DNA of 63,122 nt, the filler included, from Hyphochytrium catenoides (taxonomy: Eukaryota > Protista > Hyphochytriomycota), in assembly GCA_900088475.1 (NCBI GenBank). It is 4 parts of 4 records of this genome, joined end to end, with 100 filler letters (N's around TTAATTAATTAA, not from the genome) between each part and the next. Parts side by side here need not be neighbours in the genome. Positions count along the whole stretch, not along the records: positions 1 to 26,722 come from FLMG01001994.1; 3 more parts are not named here. One strand, written 5' to 3'. A program made the position numbers and the translations under genes. Under the pieces are notes generated by a model. That model saw only the letters and a list, made by a program, of their open reading frames with translations, did not search any database and was not told where the DNA came from. Of the stretch, positions 11,525 through 22,300 are shown in pieces. Every line of letters starts with the position of its first letter. Position 1 is the stretch's first letter.

Positions 11525-12481
11525 TTAGGGCATGGTCGAGGCCTTGCACAGCGCCGAGATCCACTGCGTCCTCTCCATCTCATGCCGCGTAGAAGTCCGC
11601 AGTACTGAGCCATCAGCGAGGTGGATAATGATGCCATTTCGTTTAGTTGGACACCGTGATACAGCCCGTACGATCCCACGCTGTAGAGGCAGACGCTGGG
11701 GCCTATCGTCCTGATAGCAGCTGATCAATCCATTCGTTAGGACAAAGTACTGCTTTCTCCATACCGAGAAAGAGTGCTTCCCCTTCTGCATGTACATCCA
11801 GCCAGATTGTAGAATGAACTCGGATGTACATTGGCGTCGGCGGTGAAGTTCATCTTTCAACGATGCGATGCGCGCATCTGCCGCGTTACGAAGGTTTTTA
11901 AACCACGCATCCCGCTCTTCCGCAGAATCTGCCTCCACGAGCAGCTCCCTGCCGTCCAAGCCTTTGATGTTGATGCCATTTTGCACCGTGGGGGAGAGAC
12001 TAACAGAGAATACGACAAGATGGCCCCGAAGTGTAGATCTTCGAAGTCGTGTGTCGTCCGATGTAAAGTAGGCGAGGGAGCTCTGGTTGAGAACAAAGTA
12101 TCGTCTCTTCCAAGATCTTACTCTTGAACCCTGTTTCCTAAGCCATCCCGCATACTCCACTCTGCCAATCCCCTCATGCGAGCAGCTGCAGGAGCCAGGA
12201 CTGGCTGATCTATTGAACCGATAATGTTCCTCACATTGAGCCGCGGAGGATGAATGTTCATTCTGCCGCTGTTTGTTTGCTATGTCTTCTTCAAGGGAGT
12301 CCACATAGAGATAGCTTTGGGGCACCACAATACTCTTCTCGAAGTCTCTGTCTTCAATGAAGGAACAGGTAGAGAACTGATCATCAGGTACAGTCAGACT
12401 CCGACCCACGAACTGCCAGAAGCTGCTTCCAAAGCTCTGAAGGCCCTGGAAGGATCCTCGAGGTGCAACGTCCTCCAGCAT
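11525..12481 (-). CDS. Tandem pleckstrin-homology (PH) domain protein, single exon
   Basis: PH1 reads EYAGWLRKQGSRVRSWKRRYFVL...ERDAWFKNL. PH2 reads QSGWMYMQKGKHSFSVWRKQYFVL...ERTQWISAL. First ATG is at 12481. Confidence 0.9.
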   Translation of the reverse strand: MLEDVAPRGSFQGLQSFGSSFWQFVGRSLTVPDDQFSTCSFIEDRDFEKSIVVPQSYLYVDSLEEDIANKQRQNEHSSSAAQCEEHYRFNRSASPGSCSCSHEGIGRVEYAGWLRKQGSRVRSWKRRYFVLNQSSLAYFTSDDTRLRRSTLRGHLVVFSVSLSPTVQNGINIKGLDGRELLVEADSAEERDAWFKNLRNAADARIASLKDELHRRRQCTSEFILQSGWMYMQKGKHSFSVWRKQYFVLTNGLISCYQDDRPQRLPLQRGIVRAVSRCPTKRNGIIIHLADGSVLRTSTRHEMERTQWISALCKASTMP

Positions 12482-12819
12482 TACTCTCCGATCCACAAAC
12501 TCTCAGGCTTCAGCCACCGAAGCCGACTCCAACGCCCCTTGCTCCAAGTGTCTTGCTAAATAATCCCAACTTTCTTATCGGTTGCCCTTGCTAGCTAGGA
12601 GAAGATGCTAGTTACGGAATCTCTTAGCTTCTTTAGAGCAACAGTACGGTCCTTTAACTTTTCGGACGGAAAAACGATTTGAGCTTTAGAGGGAAGAAAG
12701 ATCTCTGTCTCGCTCAGTCTCACAAGCTCTGACTCAACCTACCCGCTGCTCTGCAGCNNNNNNNNNNNNNNNNNNNNNNNNNNNNNNNNNNNNNNNNNNN
12801 NNNNNNNNNNNNNNNNNNN

Positions 12820-12857
<38 letters not shown>

Positions 12858-14139
12858 AGGAAAAGAAGAGCAGCAGCATCACAGAAGGGAGAGGATTTCT
12901 CTTTCCCAAACAGAACTTCGTTGAGTTCCAGGCTGATGGGACGTTTCTTCTACCCTCAAATTCTATGTCCACCAGATCTTTGTCCCTCTCACCAATGTCG
13001 CTCTCCCCATAAGCCAGCAAAGGAGCCTATAACTCTATAGCTCTTTCACCTCTGTCTCGTCCCTCTGCACTCTGTCTTTCCCCATTTGATTCAATATATT
13101 CTATGGCTTGTGCCCTTCGTCTCTGTCAATCTTCTCTTCCAACCTCCGCCTTTGCAGCTGAGTCCCCTTTTCTACTCCTTTGTGTAACTTGATAGTCCAG
13201 CTAATGAAGGGCCAAGACACCTGTTTTATTTCTCTTGATTTAGAACAAGACCTGCGGTTTGTAACCATAGGAAAATAGGATCCCGCCTACTTCCCGTAGC
13301 AGTATTACTAGAAAAAAGTAGGATTATGAAGGGTGGGGCAAAACGTCTAGATATTTGGAGGAAGGTGACAAAATCTCCCTCTTTTTTCACAACAAACTGA
13401 ACAAAAAATAGAGTACGGAGTAAATAGTATAGAGTACTTGTCCAATATCTATGCTAGGCCATCGGGGCCCCAACCCTGACCATAACAGTAAAGTTTACAT
13501 GTGAAGGCCTTAATTTACTCTTGCCTGACTATGTGTCAGCTTTTGATGTGAAGTTTATTGCCAGCTCATGGTATTGTGGTCGGTGGTGAAGTTCACAACG
13601 CCACCAAGTCAACAGGTCTTTTTCTTAGAGGATCCGCTGCACACTTTGCCGCTGCGCTAGGCTGGTGCAAGCCTCTTGCCCTGCCGTCAGCGCCAAGACA
13701 TAAAAGGGCGGGCCTATGCGTCATAACTTCGCCTCAAACTTGAAAGAATACTTTGAATATTAGGGTAACCATGTCTAAGGTTAGTGCATTCTTTCATACT
13801 GAAACCTTTCTAAGTCTTGGTTTCGCTTCAGTTTGCATGTAACGTTTTGGTCACGTTCCTCTGTTCTGGCGCCAGGATCTTATTCTGACGGAGTTCTGAC
13901 CTATCGAAACACGGCGGACACAAAGGCTCGTTTATAGACCAAGGAACCACATACTTTAGCTGCCTAGCCTTATTTTAGGTATTCGAGGCGTTGTTCTAGA
14001 TATCCATCAAGTCGTAATACCGCTTGACACAAATAAGCGTCAATCGCTCATAACAGCTTTCGGGAATCAAGTTGTTTCCGGGAACTATTTCCAAGGTTTC
14101 AGTGTGCAAACTGGGAAGTTGCCATTTCGTTTCGTCAGC

Positions 14140-15530
14140 AGAAATGAGGTTGATCGAGAGACAGAGCAAGAATGAAATACTCCAGAATCACGCATGGATG
14201 AGCAACAATCAAGCGTCAAATGTCCGAGTAAACTTCAGCTACGAGAAAATGAAAGCGCAAGACAGAGCTCAAGTGAGATACGAGACTCGAACAGCCGTGG
14301 TTGAAGCTTGCACCACATCTGCGCTAAAGGAGGAAAAGGAGGGGGGACCGTAAAAACGAAAAAACTCACTGAAGGGGCCACATAGATACAGAAACCAAAA
14401 GCAGAAACCCCTTCAAAGTGCCAATAAAATTGGCGTCAGATGGAAGAGACAGAGAGGCCCCAAAAGTGTGCCAACTGGGGATTCTATGCAGAAAAATACT
14501 TGTAGGAAAGTGACAAGCGCGAGATACCGCATGTAGAGGGTCTAGATATTAACGCTTCATATCAATCCACAGTTAAAGAGCGGGAAAGCACAAGGACTGT
14601 CGAAAAAGAGTAGATGTAAGAAATAGACAGAGGCCATTGAGGTAGGACATAAGCGAAGAAATTGCCCTTTGTTCCTCTTTCTCCTGTTGTCAGCAGCAGC
14701 AGTGGCTCAAGGCAACAAGGCAATAGCAGCATCAGCAACAATGCGAACGGAGATTATTAGAAAGATCATCGGCACTATGGAGCCTGTCCAAGCCGCTGAT
14801 GGAATGCTAAGGGACACTTGAAGGCTGTATGTGACGGCACTCCAGGCCGTCGGACATTGCATTTGCAGGCGAGTGTTCCAGTGGGTGAGAATAGTCGGGG
14901 ATGATAGTCAGAGGAACAGCCTGGATTGAACTGAACCACAAAGTGCCGAAGAGGCCAGCTGAGTTGCATCTTCCATTGAGCCATTCTCCACAACCAGCGA
15001 TTGAGAGCTCGCAACAAGGGGCAACAGGTAGGAGCCCAAGAACAGAAGCAACAGGGTGGTGACAATGTGATCAAGGCTTTTTCCAAAAGCAGCAGTACTC
15101 GTAGAAAGAACGAGCTCATAGAACTTCGATGTAGAAGAGTTCCCTGAAGAACAAGGGCTCCAAAGACGATAGCCAAACTTTCTATAATGGATCTGTGTTC
15201 TCCCTTCTGTCTTGAACCAGTTTCCCTTTCTAGCTTCACTGCTTCCATATGTCTTGCCTTGATTGTCCTATCTTCTCTTTGAGTTCCAAAGTTTCTTGAT
15301 CTTGAAGAACTCCTCATCCGTGACACAATGCCTCTGCCAAAAGTCTTTGGCCGAATTACACTTCGTTCTTGAGGATGCACAGGAATGGGCCTCGAGGCTT
15401 GAGGAAGCGAGGAGCGAGGAGAGATCAATCCGTCTTCCTTACAAGAGAATGGGAGAAGACTTGCAGCTGGTGAAAGCTAGGTATCCCATCACACTTTCTT
15501 CTCACGATCCTTAGACTTTTACAATGAACG
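14140..15530 (+). pseudogene. Decayed coding relic with two degenerate CCHC zinc-knuckle-like motifs (possible transposon gag/transposase remnant)
   Basis: RCKK*TEAIEVGHKRRNCP near 14610-14668 and GACPSR*WNAKGHLKAVC near 14780-14832, in different frames and interrupted by stops. Confidence 0.35.
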
Positions 15531-16342
15531 TGAGCACTTTCCATGCCTTGCGATCCCCTTGTAAGCTAAAGGAACGATCGTGACAGTCGCGTACTCAAGC
15601 ACGAGGATGCTACGCCAGCTCCTTGTGAAATTAGTGGGACGTACAACCAATGCCTAAGAACGCTTGCTTTTGCTAGATCATTCCTTTTATAAAGAAAGTC
15701 GAGCGCAACAGAAGACAGAGCTCTTTCTTTTCGCTAGCACAGCAGCAAGGGATGGCGACCTTCTGGGAGATGACCAGCTTGCTAGCACTTGCTCTGTGAT
15801 ATAGAGAAACTAGGGACTTCTTCTACTGCCTCCACAGGTCCTCTCTGATATTGACGCTCCATTAGGTTAGGGATTCAGGAAGGCGCAACGGCGTCCGATG
15901 GACTCTCACTGTCTCCCCAGACACGTTTATGATATGACTCTGGCACATGTTCAAAGTACAAAGCCCTGCTGCCCTCAAGCAACGATCAAGGTATTTGTTA
16001 AATGAATCGTAGGTAGCAACCATTTTCCTAGCTTCAGATATCAGACAACAGAAGCGGCTCTGCGTCTAGCGGCTCTGCGTCTGGGCTCTGACCACAGCGG
16101 TCTCTTGCCGCGACAGCTCATCGGTAAAGCTCAAAAAATTGCTGCTGAAAGCTGAGTCTATGAGATTATGGTAGCTTAGGCTAGTAATAAGAGTTAAGTC
16201 TATGCATTCTCCCTTATCCTATTATGGTCTTTGTTGGTCCGCCCTCGCCTCAGATTGCAGGCGCTCTAAGAAGCAATCTGAAGATAAGAAAGAGAGAGAC
16301 CAAGCAATCTCGACTAAGAAGACTCTACGACAATAGCCATCC

Positions 16343-19300
16343 TCACTCTTCCTTAGCCTCCTCGTCCTCATCTATTCTTTCAACGCCCGGCTTTGGCGGT
16401 GGCCTTGGAGTTTCCTCGGTCCTCTCACCTGCGCCTTGCTGGGTGGTGCTGCGGTTGGCGGGGATCCAGCTGCAAGGGGATAAAGGACAACCGTTAGAAG
16501 AGCAAGAATAACATACTGTCTCGGCTCGTACGTAGGGCCCTTGGATGCCCATAAAGCGCAGCCTCAGCACCAATAACGGGGGAAGTTAGCTTGTGATAAG
16601 TGTAGAGAAAGGATTAAGAAGAGTAGAAGACCGGCAAGTCCGCGTGAATGTAGGAGAGTTAAGGGCAGACAAATAACAAAAGAGATGCAGTCGGGACGGT
16701 AATCTGAAAAGGAGAGGAGATGTGACCTACCGCCTTCTTCGACAAGATGATCGTCCCAGCGGTATTTCAATGATTCGCCCCAGTCTCAGTCCCCTTCTCT
16801 CACTGCCTGATCTATTGCTATCCTGAGTGCTTCCTCTTTCCTCTCTACCTCGCCTGCGCAGAGCACTGAAAGTGCCATCGTATATCCATCCGTTCTCGTC
16901 ACTTCCTTCTAGGGAAGTGTCCACTACCCAGCCCTCGAGAGGGAACTCGAAGGCACTAACGTCAAAGTCCCATCCATGGGAGAAGCGTAGCGGGTCTGTC
17001 GGGAACATGTGTCCAGGATAGGACGAGCCGTACCCTAGCAGTGGACTTCTCCTACGTAGCACAACAGTTCAGATTCAGCACCAAGCAAGGATAAGTCGAG
17101 GTGTGCAGAAGGCCACCAAGCCCTCATCTCCTTAGAAAGAGTAGCCGGTGTGAGAAAGAAGAGGCTGAAGTAGGAAAAGGCAGACGATAAGTTGGACAAC
17201 AGCGGCTTGCCCTTGTCTCTGAGTTGGTACCTTTCGTTCTCCCAGATCTCTCTATTTTCCAGCGGCAACGAGTCTATAAACTGAGCAAATTTTCTATCTC
17301 TCTTCCTTCGCGCTGCGGGGATCATCAACTCGACGGGCATCTGTATCACCTTCTTGAGCAGAGCTTGGCCTTCCTCAGCCACAGAAAAGGCGAATCCTAC
17401 CAATCACGTTAGACAGTCGAAGCGCAGACGAATAAAGGGGAGGGTGGAGGGACGAGAGTGCAGCCTTAGGATCGTATTGACGGACTCGAAGCCCGCCTCA
17501 TCCATCTCTTCGCTCTCGGACCTTTTCAACCGCACCTTCTTCCCCGTTCCTTGCACTACCGCCTCTGAATGCTGTACTAAATGCGGTTGTCCGAGCCCTC
17601 ATCGTTGTCGTTAGGTTCTCGCCCTCATTCTTCTATCCCTAACCTCTTTGGTACAGCTTCTTACATCGACTCTATCCTAGAGTACTCTTCTCGATCCACC
17701 TACTTCCTCCACTACTTCCTCCTCCTACTCAAACGTCCAGTAATTGTTGCCTTCTCGCTTCCGTTACCTGTATGTCGCCTTCGTCCCTCTTGCTGGCTTG
17801 CTGTTTCCTCTGCCTTCTCAAGGTCCGGCTCGCCAGCTTCCTCTTCCTCCCTGAGAAGTGACAGAAAAGGTTAGTACCACCATAAAAGGGCACTTCAAAG
17901 CCCTGCTCTGAGGACTTCTCCCGCAGAGCTCCAGGACATAAATAACAAAGACCAGGACGAAAGCGAGGGCGGCTTCTTCAGTCCCAAATGAAAAGGGTGA
18001 AAGGCACTTTAAGTAACTCTGATTGTTGTGAGGTGAGACCACGAGGAAGAGAGGAGTCACGCTCACCTGCCAGCAACAAAGAAAGTTGTCTGTTCCAAAG
18101 CTGGGTTCCAATCCAGAGCAGGACCTTCTATATTATGCACATGGGCTTCTCGCAAGAGATGGTAGTACTCGGGGTAGAACTGCGGCCGAGATGAAAGCCG
18201 GAACAGTTAGGAAAGACACATGGCGGGAAGAACAGAGGGACGCGCCGGACAGTGGTGGTGTCAGCTGTGCTACTTTCTTGAAGAGAGGAAGAATGAACAG
18301 ACAACAGCAGATTCTGAACTTGAAATCGCAGAACAAAGCATGGCAAGGACTCATAAGCATCACATCCATTCCCCGTCCATATTGTTAACTCCTTGGTCTC
18401 TGCTATGCTGTTCCGCCCTTGCAAGCTATTCCCACCGTACCTCATACTTCCAGCCCTTCCAAAAGATCTCCCTAGCCATGGCTAGGACGCAGGTGACGAA
18501 CACAAGCACCCAGAAGTTGGGGATCGAGTACTCGTAGGGAAACGCCCAGTCCATTATGGCAGGGATCTCAAGCACGTTCCAGATGAGCAAAGAGGCGAAA
18601 TAGACGATAATAGAGAGAAAGACAGAGCCAAGAAAGAGGATATCAAAGGTCGCGGTGTTCAGGACAAGCTTGAGGTGAGATACTATCATCATCGCCGTCC
18701 TGAGTGACAGAAGAAAGGAATCAGTCTTGGGATGGAGCATAACGGTTAATGGACAGCGAAGAGGAGGCAATCCTTGCTCCCCAGAGAGTGAGAAGACCAT
18801 GAACTTCTAAAGTAAGCCCCTAGAAAAGAAGGAGAGTTGCCGGGACAACGCGTTCTCCTTACCAAGAGACGGCCCCACATCTGTAGATGCTATAGAACAT
18901 CCCATTCTTGTCCACTCCTCCATAGAACCAGAGAGGGATAAGAGCGCAGATGGTTCCCTGGAAGAAAGCCTCCAAGATCCTTTTAAAGGGAAGTAAAGAA
19001 ACATAACGGCAGGCCCAGCAGGTGAGAGGCCAGGGATAGCAGGTCGAAGGTGGACAGTTCATCATCATAAAGCGACGGGCGATGAAAGTAACCCAAGAAG
19101 TGACCTCTTACCACTGCCAGAAGATCCTCCTTCCGAAGAGCTCATTCTTCCAGCCCGTGCGGTATAGAGCAGGATACCGTGCGGCCATTCTCTCTGGGAC
19201 AGACTGGTCCAGGATGGAGACTACGACGATCGGCACGGCTGTGTATACTATATTATACCTACGAAGGAGAGAAAGCATTCCCTGGTTAAGAATCTAGGTT

Positions 19301-22300
19301 TTTAACGTGGGCAGAAGAACGGAAAAGAAAGAGAGAATGAAGACTGTATCATGGAAAGAGAGATGTCGAGGAAGACGAAGAACCTGTGGACATCATCAGT
19401 TGAGAAAGTCTGGTCCAGAGAAGAAGAGCACAATTGCAAGCTGAAGCAATTAGCACGAGGGAGAGAGGGGGAGCGGGAGACAGAAGAGGAAGCAGATCGG
19501 AAGACCAACTAGAGGACTCACAGGTTTATCCATATCTGGTTATGATACAGGGTCCCGGACAGCGCCGCATAGATCGCCAGGACGTAAGTAACCCATTGAA
19601 AGATAATGTTTTTATAGACAATGTAAAGGCAAGCCTTGCTGACTCGATGATAGTTCCAATGGCCGTGCACCAGCAGCAATCGGGAGAGAAAAGAGAACTG
19701 AGCAATAGCGAAGTCACTGTTGTTCACTGCTTCTGTCCCTTCTCGCCCGCTGATGCCAACTCCAACATGCGCCTCTTGAATCATGGAGACGTCATTAGCG
19801 CCGTCTCCTATGGCAAGAGTTCTAACAGTTGGAAGATACTTCTTGATAAGAAGGACCATCAACGCCTTTTGCTTGGGAGAGACGCGGCATCCCACGACTG
19901 CCACACAATGCTGCGCCAACTCTACCAAAAGCTGCAAAGTGCCAAAGTTAGGAAAGGGAAACTACGAAGACATCCCAGCCTCTCACAGCAGAGAGAGAAA
20001 GTCACACTTCGACACTCAGCAACAAGGACCGTGTTAGATTGGTGATGACTGAGCCAGCCAGCGTGCTCACCTGCTGCAGGTACTCGTCTTCGAAGACGAG
20101 CGAGAGGGTTGCTCCATCAATTATCAGCGCCTTTTCAGGAAGAGGTGTCCTCTCCTTTGGATTCTTCCCCGCATTCTCTGCCCAGTACTGGGTCATCTCA
20201 TCCGCGTTCTTGCGTAGCACTTTCCGCAGCGCATAAGGGTCAGGATAGAGGTGAGAAGAGAGGACAACCCTCTCCATATCATTCGATAGTAGCTGACAAG
20301 CAAATCCGATGTTGATCGCAGTCTCTTCCTTATCTCCCGTTAGAACCCAAACCTGAACAACAGCCAATAAGACACGATTGGAAGCGATGATGGAAAGGAA
20401 AAACGTTTGTCGGCACACCGAAGGAATTAGATTAGGATGACGGATGATAGGGAGTCACCTGCTGCGTAGTGAAGCGGCAAGTGACAACCCGGCTCCCAGA
20501 ACGGCGAAAAAATGGCGTATCTCTGCTACGCACAAGGACAAAGAAATGATCTCCTTACTTTGATTCCAGCTTTCAGCAGATCAGCAATCGTCGCTGGCAC
20601 TCCGTCCTGCAGTCTGTCCTCAATGGCTGTCGCGCCTAAGAGAGTCAGGCCGGTCTCAATTTCCTCTTCAAGCTGTTCAATCCTGTTGGGCAATCCTGCA
20701 ATTTTCATTTAGTGACAAGTGAGAATTGGGCTCAGAAAGTTGTCCGTCCTCTCTATTTGACGACTCCTCTTTCCTCCCCGAGATGTAGGTACCCGCCCTG
20801 AAGATGCAGGCACTTCGTCTCTCTCTTACCGTCCTTCATCTTTTCTCTCTCTTTATGGTTTGTGAGACTCTGATGGTAGCGCACTGCCCAGGCTGCATAC
20901 TCCTCTTCAGAAAGAGGCTTGCATGCTATAAGAAGGGTCCTAAGGCCATCCATCGCGAATCTGAGAGACAGAGAGTTTTTGGCAATCGAAAGGTACGGTT
21001 AGCGAGGGAGCAACCAGAAGCAAGAAGGCTGACCGCAATGGCTGGCGTATGTAGCTCATCGATGAACAGATGATCCCACAGGACCGATAACTCAAGAAAA
21101 CGAGAGTCAAGAGGGAGAAACAGAGTATACGAAAGAGAAAGTTAAGGGAGAAAGCAGAGAGGAATAGGGCGAGAGCAAGTGAGAAAAATAGAAGAGAGAA
21201 ACAGTGAGAGAGATAGAAAGAAAGTGAGAGGGAAAGACAGAGAGAGGGGATAAGAGAGAGGGAAAGAGAGGAAAGATAGAGAGGGAAAGAGAGTACGGAA
21301 CAAGAAGCAGCGTAGTCGCCGCTGATGAAGTGAGAAGAACGCACTTATCCCTACTCGGATAACTAACTGCCAGTGAAAGAAGAAACGATGCTAGGACTTC
21401 TGCAGTAAGACCGTCTTCCTCCTACCTGTCAAGGTCTCTCATAGTAGTCTGGACGAGCTCCTCATCTCTTCCTTCTTTGCTCAGTCTCTCCAGGATCACA
21501 CTGTCTGCCCCTTTACAGAACAGCATCAACTCACCTAGTAAGATAAAACATGAGCCATGAGGACACGGAAATGAAGGCGAAGAAAGGAAGGACTGCAGGA
21601 AGAAGATCCTGCTAGCCACGCTAAGAAATTGAAAAGATCTAATGGCAGCTTCAACAGGCAGCACAGCAGAAGAGTCGGTAAAGGTAGAATGCCTGCCGAG
21701 AGCGCGCCGCCGCTATCATTCACTGGCACTGGTTGATTCTTAGGAAAGGAACGCCCAGCAGCGAATGCCTCGACCGCATAGGTATCGAAAACAAACGGTT
21801 GACTGTCAACATACCATTGTCTAGTCTCACAATTGTGGACATTCTCTTCCTGCTGCTGTTGAAGTCAATAATGTCCAGAACGTTTACTTGGACAATACCG
21901 TGCGCAGTCTCCAGGAAGATGGCGCCCGGACGCCGGTCAACGAACTTATATCCCAAGTAAGCGGCCCCTATAGTCAACACAAGAAGAGAGAATGCAGCAG
22001 AGCATACCCCATGTGAGTCACATATAAGTGGAAGAATATGTTTAGGTCAGATGATGAAGAAGCTTTAACGGCCTGCTGAGGTGGTGAGATCCAACCCCTG
22101 AAGGCCACAGAGGTCGAAGTATCACCGTGAAGTGAAGCAAACCGGCCGGAGAGAGGCCAGCGGCTCAGGATAGGAAACCACAAGCTCACCTGCCACTAAT
22201 GCCTGCTCATCAGGCGATGAAGCTGACCAGAGTATCTCTGGGGGTGACGTTGGGCTTTCCTGCTCCTCACCCTCCTGCTGCTCTGGATGCTCTGGAATGA

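Noticed and set aside
13771-13890. ATGTCTAAG|GTTAGT as a tiny first exon
   Set aside because: The candidate downstream acceptors I tried lead to stops within about 20 codons, and no recognisable protein results.
16727-17403. DysF ORFs as a separate gene downstream of the ATPase
   Set aside because: The exon carrying the DysF start also carries the ATPase GFAFS motif, and no stop or promoter-like gap intervenes in the spliced model.
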